NCBI GenBank assembly: GCA_951406725.2
Contig: OX597816.1
Span: 132,804,001-132,868,000 of the forward strand
Direction: 5' to 3'
Length of the DNA: 64,000 bases
Origin: Octopus vulgaris
Taxonomy: Eukaryota
Made by a program: the position numbers and the translations under genes. The first letter of the stretch is position 1. Every line of letters begins with the position of its first letter. The notes under the pieces are model-generated. The model made no database searches and was not told where the DNA came from. It worked only from the letters and a program-made list of their open reading frames with translations. Shown piece after piece: positions 12,433 to 23,683 of this stretch.

Positions 12433-12820
12433 CATGGTTGTGTGGTAAGAGACTTATGGTTCAGGATTCAGTCCCACTGTGTGACACTTTGGGCAAGTGT
12501 CTTCTACTATAGCCTTTGGCCAACCAAATCTTTGCGAGTGGATTTGGTAGACAGAAACTGAAAGAAGACTATGGCATATATGTTTATGTATACATCTATG
12601 TTTGTCACTGTGTCTGTGTTTATCTTCCACCACCACTTGACAACCAGTAGTGGTGTGTTTATGTCCCTCTAACTTAGCAGTTTTGCCAAAAAGCCAGATG
12701 GAATAAGTATGAGGTTTCAAAAAATAAGTCTTACGGTTGATTTGTTTGACTAAAACACTTCAAGGCAATTCCCCAGCATGGCTTCAATCAAATGACTGGA
12801 ATAAGTAAAAGGTAAAAGAT
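12433..12820 (+). mobile_element. tRNA-head SINE
   Basis: GGTTGTGTGGTAAG...GGATTCAGTCCCACTG head, GGATTTGGTAGACAGAAACTGAAAGAAG body, AAATGACTGGAATAAGTAAAAG tail. Confidence 0.8.
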
Positions 12821-12839
12821 ACATACACACATATATATA

Positions 12840-13137
12840 GTGAAGACTCACGGCCCAGTGGTTAGAGCATTGGACTTACAATTGAGAGGTTATGAGTTTG
12901 ATTCCCAGCTGGGTTGTGTGTTGTGTTCTTGAGCAAGACAATTTATTTCACATTGCTCCTGTTCACTCAGTTGCAGCAACACTGGTGCCAAGCTGTATCA
13001 GCCTTTGGAAAGTGTGGAGAGAGGAGCCTGGTATGCATGAGTGACTGCTGGTCATCCATAAATAATCTTGCCCAGACTTGTGGCTTGGAGGGGAAGTTTC
13101 TAGGTGCAATCTCAATGTCATTCATGATCTGAGGGGA
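12840..13137 (+). mobile_element. tRNA-head SINE (different body)
   Basis: GGCCCAGTGGTTAGAGC A-box, GAGTTTGATTCCC B-box, TTGTGTTCTTGAGCAAGACA. Confidence 0.7.
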
Positions 13138-13164
13138 TCCTATATATATGTATATATATATTTA

Positions 13165-14433
13165 TTGGGTCATCCATAAATATTGTGTTTTTTCAATCGC
13201 ATGAACTAAAAGTCAGAGAGTGACAGGATAAACTACCTTCAACTTGCTATAAAAGCAGGTAGTAATTTTACCTTGTATTTATTCTTAGTGCAAGTTTTGA
13301 AGAGTGCAGTTTGATTTTAACAGTTATTTTTTCAAAGCTATAAATGGAAGTGAGAAAAGAATATATTTGGTATATTTTGCTTTATGTGTTCAATAATGGC
13401 AACAATGCAATGGAAAGAGCGAGGAATATTAAATGAGGTATATGGGGATTGGACAAAATGCATAAGCCAGTGTTAACAGTAGTTCCAGAAATTCCGAACC
13501 GGTAACTACAGCCTAGAAGATGAAACATCCTGGAAGATCTGTAGAGCTCAACGAGAACGTCCTGCAAACCCTGGTGGAACAATACTCATAACTGCTGAGG
13601 AACTAGCAGAGAAGCTTGGTTTTGGTCATTCAACCATTCATTGACACCTGTGTGCCATTGGAAAAGTCAGCAGCTTGGATCAATGGATTCCTCATAAACT
13701 TCCCAAGTCTAAGCATGCACAGAGAGATTGTGTACTCTTCTTTGCTGTTATGTTTCATGAATGAACCTTTTTTGGACTGAATAGTGACTGATGACGAGAA
13801 ATGGGTTTTCTATAAAAATGTCAGGTGCTGGAAACAATGGGTAGGGAAAGGAGAAACACCAGCACCCCAGGCTAAAGAAGGCCTTCACCCATGTAAATTG
13901 TTGTTATCTGTTTGGTGAGATATGAAAGGTTTAGTCCACTTTGAATTCTTAAACCCAAACTAAACAATAACAAAGGAGATCTACTGTGAGCAGCTTAAGT
14001 TAGCACTAGAAGAAAAATGACCATCTTTGGTTTTAAGTTGAAAAGTGTTCTTCCATCAGGATAATGCTTGGCCATATACAGTGAGAATGACATTCCAAAG
14101 GCTAGAGCAGTTTGAATGAGAAATGATGCCCCACCCACCAGATTCACCAGACATTGCCCCATCTGATTATCATTTATTCTGCAGTCTTCAAAATCATTTG
14201 GACGGAGAAAATATGAATTCTGTAGATGAGGCCAGAACTATACTGGAGGAGTATTTTTCATTGTGGACACGTGAATTTTGGAAGAGGGGCCTTACAAGTC
14301 TACTAGATAGATGGAAGAGCATTGTGAAAAATGAAGTAGAGTATATTTTAGATTTAAAAGGAACTTTGTTTACCTTAATTTTGAAAAATAAAAGAAGTAT
14401 TAAAAAAACCACATTATTTATGAGATGACCCAA
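13165..14433 (+). mobile_element. Full-length but pseudogenised mariner transposon (1269 bp)
   Basis: TA-flanked TIRs TTGGGTCATCCATAAATA / TATTTATGAGATGACCCAA. Motifs WIPHKL, VTDDEKW, HQDNA, HPPDSPDIAPSDYHLF, with many stops. Confidence 0.92.
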
Positions 14434-14441
14434 TATATATA

Positions 14442-14603
14442 GGTGCAGATGTGACTCTGTGGTAAGAAGCTTGTTTCCCAACCACATGGCTCAGAGTTCA
14501 ATCCCACTGAGTGACACTACAGGCAAATGTCTTCTGCTATAGCCTTGGGCAAACCTAAGCCATTTGAGTGGATTTGGTAGATGGAAACTGAAAGAAGCCT
14601 ATC

Positions 14604-14605
<2 letters not shown>
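14442..14605 (+). mobile_element. tRNA-head SINE 5' half (another at 15950-16100)
   Basis: GTGGTAAGAAGCTTG..CCCAACCACATGG..GAGTTCAATCCCACTG. Confidence 0.75.
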
Positions 14606-14647
<42 letters not shown>

Positions 14648-14789
14648 CAAATTGTGAATTATTGTGAATTATGAACCTAACAAGTATCTCATTCATTAAT
14701 TAAGAGGCTTCGTTTGTAGAATCTCATTTCAGAAATCCTTTCAAAGTTTTATCAATGTTTCTATAGTTATAAAATAAATTTTGTGAATA

Positions 14790-15370
14790 ATAAATAAGCC
14801 TCTTCAAGTCAGCATTTCCTGCTTCTATATATGTCTTCTTTGGAATTTCTTTTTTGTTAGTTCCTTTCACATGAATCTCCTGGTAGTCCTTTATCCATCT
14901 GTATTCATTCATATATATTATGTATCTGGATAGTCATCTCTTTTGCACATTGCATCTGATTCCTGTTACACTCAGATTTCTATCAGCTAATCTGTGCTTC
15001 ATCATTCATGCATGTTGACATTACACATCCAGAATATCATGCTTGCTTTATTTCTTTCCAACTTCAAACACATCCTCTGCATTCTCCCCATGTCTTTCTG
15101 TCGTGTAGCATTGCAGTTTGTATTCACATATTGTATAATCAATCCTTTGCTTGAAGTAAGAGACTCCTTGTTGTCAGCAAAGGTAATCATTGCCTGAAAA
15201 TTTTCCTTCTTTATTCTTGATCTGACTGCTTTGATTTCGGAAACACCTTCCTCCTCTTGTTTAGGTTGCCTAGGTAGTAGAAGCTATAAGCTACTTCTAT
15301 AGAGCCTTCTGAGCATTTATATATTTCACTGATGTTCTCACTGCTAACTATTTCTGTGCATCTATAACAG
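14790..15370 (-). mobile_element. Old, decayed RTE LINE 3' fragment
   Basis: Minus-strand pieces IEVAYSFYYLG, LERNKASMIFWMCNV and IPKKTYIE parallel the young RTE (IVDSFRYLG, LARNEASML.WMCNV, RPRKTWDE). Confidence 0.65.
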
Positions 15371-15906
15371 ACAATATATACATACATATACATGTGTGTG
15401 TGCATGCGCATATGTGTATGTATTTTCACATGTAAGAATGCATGGAAGGATAGTTTTACTTTAATCCTGTAGTGTTTGTAGTCTCTAGCAATCTTGTTTA
15501 TTTTATTTTTCTATTTTAATTATTTTTAGCTTGTTGCCATTTTAAAAGCTTTAAACACTTAGAGAATAGCACTTGTATCGCACAAGTGCTTGTCAATATA
15601 ATATTTGATATGTTGGTCCACTTTGCATTCCATTTCTTTTTTCAGTATCAGTCAAGAATGGAACCACATATAGATGACAGAACTATTGTTGCAGTGGTTA
15701 AGGTTTCATGTGCATATGTGGCAATAGAATATCACTACTTTCATAGTTTCCTCACTCATCAGGGCACATTGAATACATAGTATATGTAGGAGCAGTTTCA
15801 ATTCTCCAGTAACCCATATAGCTACTTCCTCCATTGAAATCGGTCAGTGTGTAGGAGGTGGTATTTTACTCTATGGTAGAGTAAAAGCTACCATTTATGT
15901 ATATAC

Positions 15907-15950
<44 letters not shown>

Positions 15951-16661
15951 TGTGTGGTTAAGAAACTGGTTTTGCAACCACATGGTCTCTGGTTCTGTTC
16001 CATTGTATTGCACTTGGAAAAGTGTCTCCTATCATAGTTTTAGGCCAACCAATGCCATGCAAATGAATTTGGTAGACAAAAACTGTATGGGAGCCTTTCA
16101 TATATATACTAACTTAAAAGCCACACTCCATGTGGACTTTTAAGCTAGCTCCTGTGGCGGGCGAATAGCGCTTGCTGCCCAAGACTAAAGACTGTGGCGG
16201 GCTAATAGCACTTGCAGCCTAAGACTATAATACATCTATAATGACTATTGCCCCAGTGGTGTTTGATCAGAGGTTAAGGAAAGATGAGAATTATTTCTGT
16301 AATGCAATCATTCTATTGTTCCAGTCCCAAGTTGAATTCCAACTGTTGGCCAGTTTGTCCTGAAGTTCTTATCTCAATTTAAAATTAACAAAGCATATGT
16401 CATATATTTCTCCCCTTGATCTTTGACATCATCTAACAACTGCCAACCAAAATAGCATGAATCAGCCAAGCTTTACTTGCTAGAAATAGCAACCCAAATG
16501 CTTTTAAATCAGATCCCAATGCTGGATGTTCAAGAACTAAATGAAGGGCAAATTTTGAATCCCAGGATCATCCTGATTCCAAAAAGGTATATTAAGTCTG
16601 TGTAGAGCAAATGTAGACTGAGATACAGGGGTCCCAGCTGCACTGAATTTTGTGTTTATTA

Positions 16662-19600
16662 ATCATCATCATCATCATCATCATCATCGTTTAGCGTCCG
16701 TTTTCCATGCTAGCATGGGTTGGACGGTTCTACTGGGGTCTGTGAAGCCAGAAGGCTTCATCAGGCCCAGTCAAATCTGGCAGTGTTTCTACGGCTGGAT
16801 GCCCTTCCTAACGCCAACCACTCCGAGAGTGTAGTGGATGCTTTTTACGTGCCACCCGCACAGGTGCCAGACAGAGCTGGCAAAATGGCCACGAACGGAT
16901 GGTGCTTTTTATGTGCCACCAGCACGAGGGCCAGGCGAGGCTGGCAATGGACACGAAACGGGGCGGTGCTGGCAACGGTCGCGAAACGGAGGGTTCTCTT
17001 ACATGCCACCGGCACTGGTAACACATCTGCAATTTCCATTGATCGATTTCAATTCTGATCCTCACTTGCCTCAACGGGTCTTCACAAGTAGAGTTTCGAC
17101 ATGCCACCGGCACTGGTAACACATCTGCAATTTCCATTGATCGATTTCAATTCTGATCCTCACTTGCCTCAACGGGTCTTCACAAGTAGAGTTTCGACAT
17201 GCCACCGGCACTGGTAACACATCTGCAATTTCCATTGATCGATTTCAATTCTGATCCTCACTTGCCTCAACAGGTCTTCACAAGTAGAGTTTTGTGTCTC
17301 AAGAAGGGAAGGTATGCATACGTAGGCCGGCTCCATCCCATGTAGAAGGCCACGGGTTATGGACTCACTTGTCCTGCCGGGTCTTCTCGCGCACAGCACA
17401 CTTCCAGAGGACTCGGTCACTAGTCATTTCCTCAGTGAGACCTAAAGTTCGAAGGTCGTGCTTCACCACCTCGTCCCAGGTTTTCCTGGGTCTGCCTCTT
17501 CCACAGGTTCCCTCAACCGCTAGGGTGTGGCACTTTTTCACACAACTATCTTCATCCATTCTCACCACATGACCATACCAGCGCAAACATCTCTCTTGCA
17601 CACCACAACTGATGCTTCTTAGGTCCAGCTTTTCTCTCAAGGTACTTACACTCTGCCGAGTATGAGTACTGACATTACACATCCATCAGAGCATACTGGC
17701 TTCATTTCTTGCGAGCTTACGCATATCCTCAGCAGTCACAGCCCATGTTTCACTGCCATGTAGCATGGCTGTTCGTACACACGCATCATACAGTCTGCCT
17801 TTCACTCTGTGCGAGAGGCCTTTTGTCACCAGCAGAGGTAAGAGCTCTCTGAACTTTGCCCAAGCTATTCTTACTCTAGCAGTTACACTTTCAGCACACC
17901 CACCCCCGCTGCTGACTTGGTCACCTAGGTAACGGAAACTATCAACTATTTCTAGTTTTTCTCCCTGGAAAGTGACGGAAGTTGGTCTCAGAGCATTTTC
18001 AGTGTTTATTGTTCCTGAGCATCTACCACATACAAAAACCATCTTCCTAGTTAGCCTTCCTTTGACATTGATGCACCTCTTATGTGTCCATAGCTTACAC
18101 TTGGTGCATCTTATAGAGTTTCTACCTACACCTTTTCTACAGATCGAGCAGGGCCATCTACCTGAAGGCGTTTGTGATTTGTCTACCTTCCTACTGATTA
18201 TGACTTTGGTTTTAGCTAGGTTGACTCTGAGGCCCTTCGATTCTAATCCTTGTTTCCACACCTGAAACTTCTCCTCCAGTTCTGATAGCGACTCAGCAAT
18301 TAGAGCAAGGTCATCAGCATAGAGGAGCTCCCAAGGGCATCCTGTCTTGAATTCCTCCGTTATTGCCTGGAGGACTATGATAAATAGGAGGGGGCTGAGT
18401 ACTGAGCCTTGGTGGACCCCTACCTCTACCCGGAATTCTTCACTGTACTCGTTTCCAACCCTCCCCTACTAGCAGCGTCCCTATACATGGCCCGCACAGC
18501 TCTCACTAACCATTCATCTATCCCTAGTTTCCTCATTGCCCACCAGATAAGGGATCGGGGGACCCTGTCGAAGGCTTTCTCCATGTCAACAAAAGCCAGG
18601 TACAGGGGCTTATCTTTGGCTAGGTATTTCTCCTGCAGCTGCCTTACCAGGAATATAGCATCAGTAGTACTTTTCCCTGGCACAAACCCAAACTGCATCT
18701 CATCTAAACTAACTCTCTCTCTAATCAGTTGGGCTATGACCCTCTCCGTAACCTTCATCACCTGATCCAACAGCTTGATACCTCTGTAGTTATTTGTATC
18801 TAGGGCGTCACCTTTACCTTTGTAGCAGTTGACTATTATGCTGCTACACCAGTCATTGGGTATGACTCCTTTGTGTATCACCTGATTAACTATACGGGTG
18901 ACTAGGCTATAGCCGACACTACCAGACATTTTGAGCATCTCTGCAGTGATTCCTGATGGGCCTGGGGCTTTCCCTGTCTTCATGCTTCTAATTGCCTTAG
19001 CTACCACGGAACTATCAACTTGGATAGCTGGTCCCTCTGTTGGGTCAACATTCGGCAGACTCTCTTTATCCCATTCATTTTCTTTATTCAGCAACCTTTC
19101 ATAGTGGCATCTCCAAACCTCTCTCTTTGCATCCTCATTTAGCGCAAGTGAACCATCTTCCATGTGAACACACTTCTCTCCTACCACATCACGATTCTCT
19201 CTCACACACTGTCTTGCAACGCGAAGCACCTCCAGTCTTTGGTCCTCACGGCGCAGAACATTGGCAAATTTTTTCTTATCTGCTTCCCCTCTGGCTAAAT
19301 TAACCGGGCTCCTAGCTTCTCTTTTGGCAGTCTGATACAATTCCCTGCTACCCCCATTTTTCCAGACCTTCCAAGCCTGTCTCTTTTCTCTAATAGCCCT
19401 GTCTACAATAGTGTTCCACCACCATGTTATTCTAGGTCGAGAGGGGACTTTGCACCAGCCACAGATCTGGTCAGTGGCTCTCAGCAGGTTGTCCCTTAGA
19501 TACGTCCAGCTGTTTTCTACCCCCTGTGATGCTCTATCCCCTTCTACTTCGTCAGAGGCTTCAAGTAATATGTCCCTAAATCTCTGTCCATTTGCAGGAT

Positions 19601-20064
19601 CTTTAAGCTTCCAGATCCTTCTTCTCCATATTGGTCGTCTTCTGGTTGTCCTCCTAGTCCTGATCCTAAAGTCACTAACTACCAGTCTATGTTGTGGGGT
19701 ACATTCTTCACCTGGGAAGGTTTTGGCATTTATAAGCAGCCATCTCTCCCTTTGCCTTGCAAGGATGTAGTCAATTTGGCTGGTATGTTGGCCCGATCGG
19801 TAAGTGACTAGGTGGCTGGTAGGTTTCCTGAAGTTAGTGTTGCAAATCATAAGATTATTTGCATCGCAGAACTCCAGCAGCCTGGTTCCCTCCTCGTTGC
19901 GGGAGCCATAGCCATAGCCTCCATGTACGCCATGGAAGCCCCCAGCATGTCTTCCAACGTGACCATTGAAGTCACCAGCCACAAAGATAAGGTCTCTGTC
20001 GTTCGTCAACGAGGTAGTCTGCAGTAGAGTGTCAGAATCGGTCTTTCTGTCCATCGGGTAGCAG
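16662..20064 (-). mobile_element. Young 5'-truncated RTE-clade LINE (APE C-terminal half + RT), (ATG)n tail
   Basis: AGDFNGHVG, SQIDYIL and QHRLVV (APE); NYRGIKLL, QFGF, AFVDMEKAFDRV, GVHQGSVLSP, LYADDL (~18309-18326). One frameshift near 18466 and one in-frame TGA at 17686-17688. Confidence 0.95.
17001..17292. repeat. Three near-identical tandem copies of a 98-bp unit in the RTE 3' UTR
   Basis: ACATGCCACCGGCACTGG starts at 17001, 17099 and 17197. Confidence 0.95.
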
Positions 20065-20194
20065 ATATATATATGGGGGTGGGGTCTTTGTGTTTGTCCC
20101 CTTCAATTTGTTTTATTAAATTCCTCAAGGTTATGCCCCAGCTTTGCCACAGTCCAATAGCTGAAACAAGTAAATGATAAGAAATGTAAAATAT

Positions 20195-20780
20195 ATTTTA
20201 ACATCCATTTTTCCATGTTTGCATAAGTAGGGCAGAATTCATTGAAACAGATTTTTTTTCTTTGGCTGGATGCTCTTCTTGTCCTTACCAGCCCTCACCT
20301 GTTTCCAAGTAAGGTAATATTTCCCCTTGGCCTAACATGTTTTCACAGACTATTGGAAGTGAATGACACTGTTTGCATGACTGACAGTCAGTTACAACTA
20401 TCACATGATGCCAAGACAAGAAGACAAAATACACATACACACACAACCTTATAGAGGAGATGTCAAGGGACTGAGATATCTGGTACCTTGCTGTACTCAA
20501 GAAGACTCATCATCCACAACAGAGTGTTAATTCTTCTCCTCCCCACAAAGAAGAGGATAGGCCTGCAAGAGACCTGTGCCAATGGTGTAAAAAGCATTTG
20601 TGCGGGTACCACGTAAACGCATTTGTGCCTGTGCCATGTTAAAAACACCCAGCACACACTGTAAAGTGGTTGGCATTAGAAAGGGCAGCCCATCATAGAA
20701 AACAAGCCAAAATCAACTCTGGTCAAACTGTACAAACCATGCTAATATGGAAAACAGTCATTAAAGGATGATGATGATAC
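20195..20780. mobile_element. Cluster of RTE-tail SINE fragments in both orientations (another at 55580-55790)
   Basis: TTTAACATCCATTTTTCCATG...GGCTGGATGC on one side; GGTTGGCATTAGAAAGGGCA...CCATGCTAATATGGAAAA...GATGATGATG on the other. Both match the RTE 3' end. Confidence 0.65.
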
Positions 20781-20956
20781 ACACACACACAGGCACACAC
20801 ACACATACACATACAATAGTATTCTTTCAATTTCTGTCAGCAAAATTCATTTTAAAGTTTTGGTCAGCCCAGGGCTATAGTAGAAGACATTTATCCTTTA
20901 TCTAGATATGTGGTTGGGATGCAATATCTTATGACAGTCATGCCATATAAATGTAC

Positions 20957-20991
<35 letters not shown>

Positions 20992-21091
20992 TATGTATAC
21001 ATACGTACTTGCTGACATTCACTTCAGGTAGTTCATTGTACACACCTATATGGAATACTTAAATGCTGCAAAACAGAAACTTTATCACAAA

Positions 21092-21478
21092 CTAGTAGTA
21101 TTGCCCGTCATTGCTCAGGTTTGTTTCGATCCTTTAGAATTGGAATTTTTGAAAAGTAAAAATTTTGCATTATGTAGCTTGTTATTCTGTTTAAGTGAAC
21201 ATTTTTCTGGTTGAAATACACCGAAAAACGGTGACACTTCAGTCAAAAAAATCATAAAAAATAGGGCTTTTCATAGAAAAAACGCACCGTTTTGGTGTAA
21301 ATAATTGGTCTTAACATGGTCTGATTTGAATTTATCTTCTCCTGAATGAAGAGCAAGCCTTCTTCTATCATACTCTCAATTTTGGTCAACTTGCACTGCA
21401 GGGTCTTGCAGGAGATAGTGTTAGTTGAACGCTACCAAACCTGCCACACACAGACAACTTCAGCTTTATATATATAGA
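21092..21478 (-). mobile_element. Complete non-autonomous Helitron (387 bp)
   Basis: Minus strand starts TCTATATATATAAAGCTGAAGTTGTCTGTG and ends CCTGAGCAATGACGGGCAATACTACTAG (decayed hairpin + CTAG). Inserted in A|T with no TSD. Confidence 0.85.
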
Positions 21479-21849
21479 TTACAAAACAAAATTTGATTAA
21501 ATAAATACAAAACACAAGAGAGATTTTAGTCTGCTTAGTTTTATTATATTACTTCTTACATAAAAAAAAGCACAAGTAACAAATCCCTATTAACTGGTTT
21601 TGAACATTCGCAGTCCTTATACAATGCTTATTATTTCTGGCTACCTATATTTGGCAAAGCCATAATTTTCTAAGACTCCATGAAGAAACAAATCTACTTG
21701 AACCAGTCAAAACTATATATTCAAAATTAAATTTCTTGTATGACATTTTCATCATATATACATAAATACATACATACAAACATATATACATACAAATACA
21801 TGCATGCATACATACATACATATATATATGCACATGCACACACACATTG

Positions 21850-21854
21850 TATAC

Positions 21855-21942
<88 letters not shown>

Positions 21943-21996
21943 AATTATGCATGTATATATAAATGTGTATATGTACATATATGTGTATATATGTGT

Positions 21997-22061
<65 letters not shown>

Positions 22062-22410
22062 TATATGTATATAGATGCTCACATCCATATATATATGGTT
22101 TAGTTATTATCATATAATGTCTCTTTCATTTCAGTTTGACGAGTTTCATCCACACAAATTAAAGATTAGGATACAAGCAGTAGTACTCTTGCAGCTCAGA
22201 GCAATTATCTGTTATATGTATATAGGTGTATGTGTGCCTCTGTGTGTGTGTGTGAATGTGTGTGTTGCATGTATGTATGTATGTATGTATGTATGTATGT
22301 ATGTATGTATGTATGTATGTATGTATGTATGTATGCAAGCATGCATGTATGTATGTATGTACGTATGTATGTATGTATGTATGTATGTATGTATGTATGT
22401 ATGTATGTAT
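21850..22410. repeat. Compound microsatellites (TA)n/(CT)n/(TATG)n; similar blocks at 23090-23190, 27228-27340, 27580-27660, 32435-32670, 35115-35440, 36910-37080, 44350-44560, 45070-45190, 45665-45765, 48300-48620, 50260-50660
   Basis: Directly visible; these explain the [12 protein letters not shown] ORFs. Confidence 0.97.
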
Positions 22411-23620
22411 ACATTTGTCCATGTGATATGGCACATATGCAAAATTTCCACATGAAGTGATGAATAAGATATATCCTGGCACTAGCCTTTGCACTTGATA
22501 AGAAAATAATAACTTGTACCACTGGAAAACAAAATCTGTATTTGCTAAATTCAATACAGGGATATGTTTAAGTGTATTGCAAAACAACAACAGCAATAAC
22601 AACAACAATGATTGCTGGAGATGATTCTTTTCCCCACCTTCATTTTTTGAGGGGACAGGTTTCTAAAAATAAAATGAATTTTGAAATTCAAAGTCATTGT
22701 TATTTTGTATTTTGTTCTTATGATTTTATTTACTTTTTTGTTTACAACAATGAAGAAATATTTTCTTTTTTTCTTTTTAAAACAACAAATAAACAACTTC
22801 ATTTAAGATGCTACTGCATAATCAAAATTTTCTTATGCATTTATTTACCCTGCAGTCACCACCCATTAAAACTGAAACAAATTTCCCTTACATAGAGAGA
22901 TGACTATATATATCATCATGGATTCTCCTATCATTAGTCAGTGTTATGAGGGTTCTGCAATTTCTTAATGAACAATGTTTGTGTGTGTGTGTGTTTTGTT
23001 TTTAATTATTTGAAATCTTCTGAGTGGGGAGCTGGCTTCTAACAAAGATACAAAGCTGTCGTGGGAATTATGCATGCCTGCATGAATCTAGGTATGTATG
23101 TATGTATGTATGTATGTATGTATGTATGTATGTATGTATGTATGTATGTATGTATGTATGCATGTATGTATGTATGTATGTATGTATGTACAAATGTACA
23201 TACATACAAGTATGTAATTTTCTTTTAATAATCAGAAGGAAAAGGTCCTAATTTTAGATATGATATAGTAATGTTTTTTTTTCTTTTTACATCCTTTTGT
23301 TTAAAGTTACTTTTGAAAAAAATGTGATTTAAAAAATTTTGTTTCTTTATGAGAGTTAAGAAAGAAATAAAAAAAAAATGAACAGTTTTTGAAATTAGGG
23401 GTGAAATTTTGACTGCAATGTCATCCCCAGCAAGTTTCTATTACCAAGGAAACTATAAAACAACTTTTTTTTTCAGTTTTCTGCATATTTCAGTGAAGCA
23501 ATTAATAAAGAAAGTGTTGTGAAATTGCCTCAAACACAACTGCACTACAGACTGATACCATAAACCATTTTGTTTACATATATGTTATATATGTATATGT
23601 ATATATACATATATATATGT

Positions 23621-23683
<63 letters not shown>

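Noticed and set aside
15733-15770. Minus-strand CTGATGA GTGAG GAAAC hammerhead-like string
   Set aside because: Only 5 nt between the core halves with no stem II, and stem I is poor.
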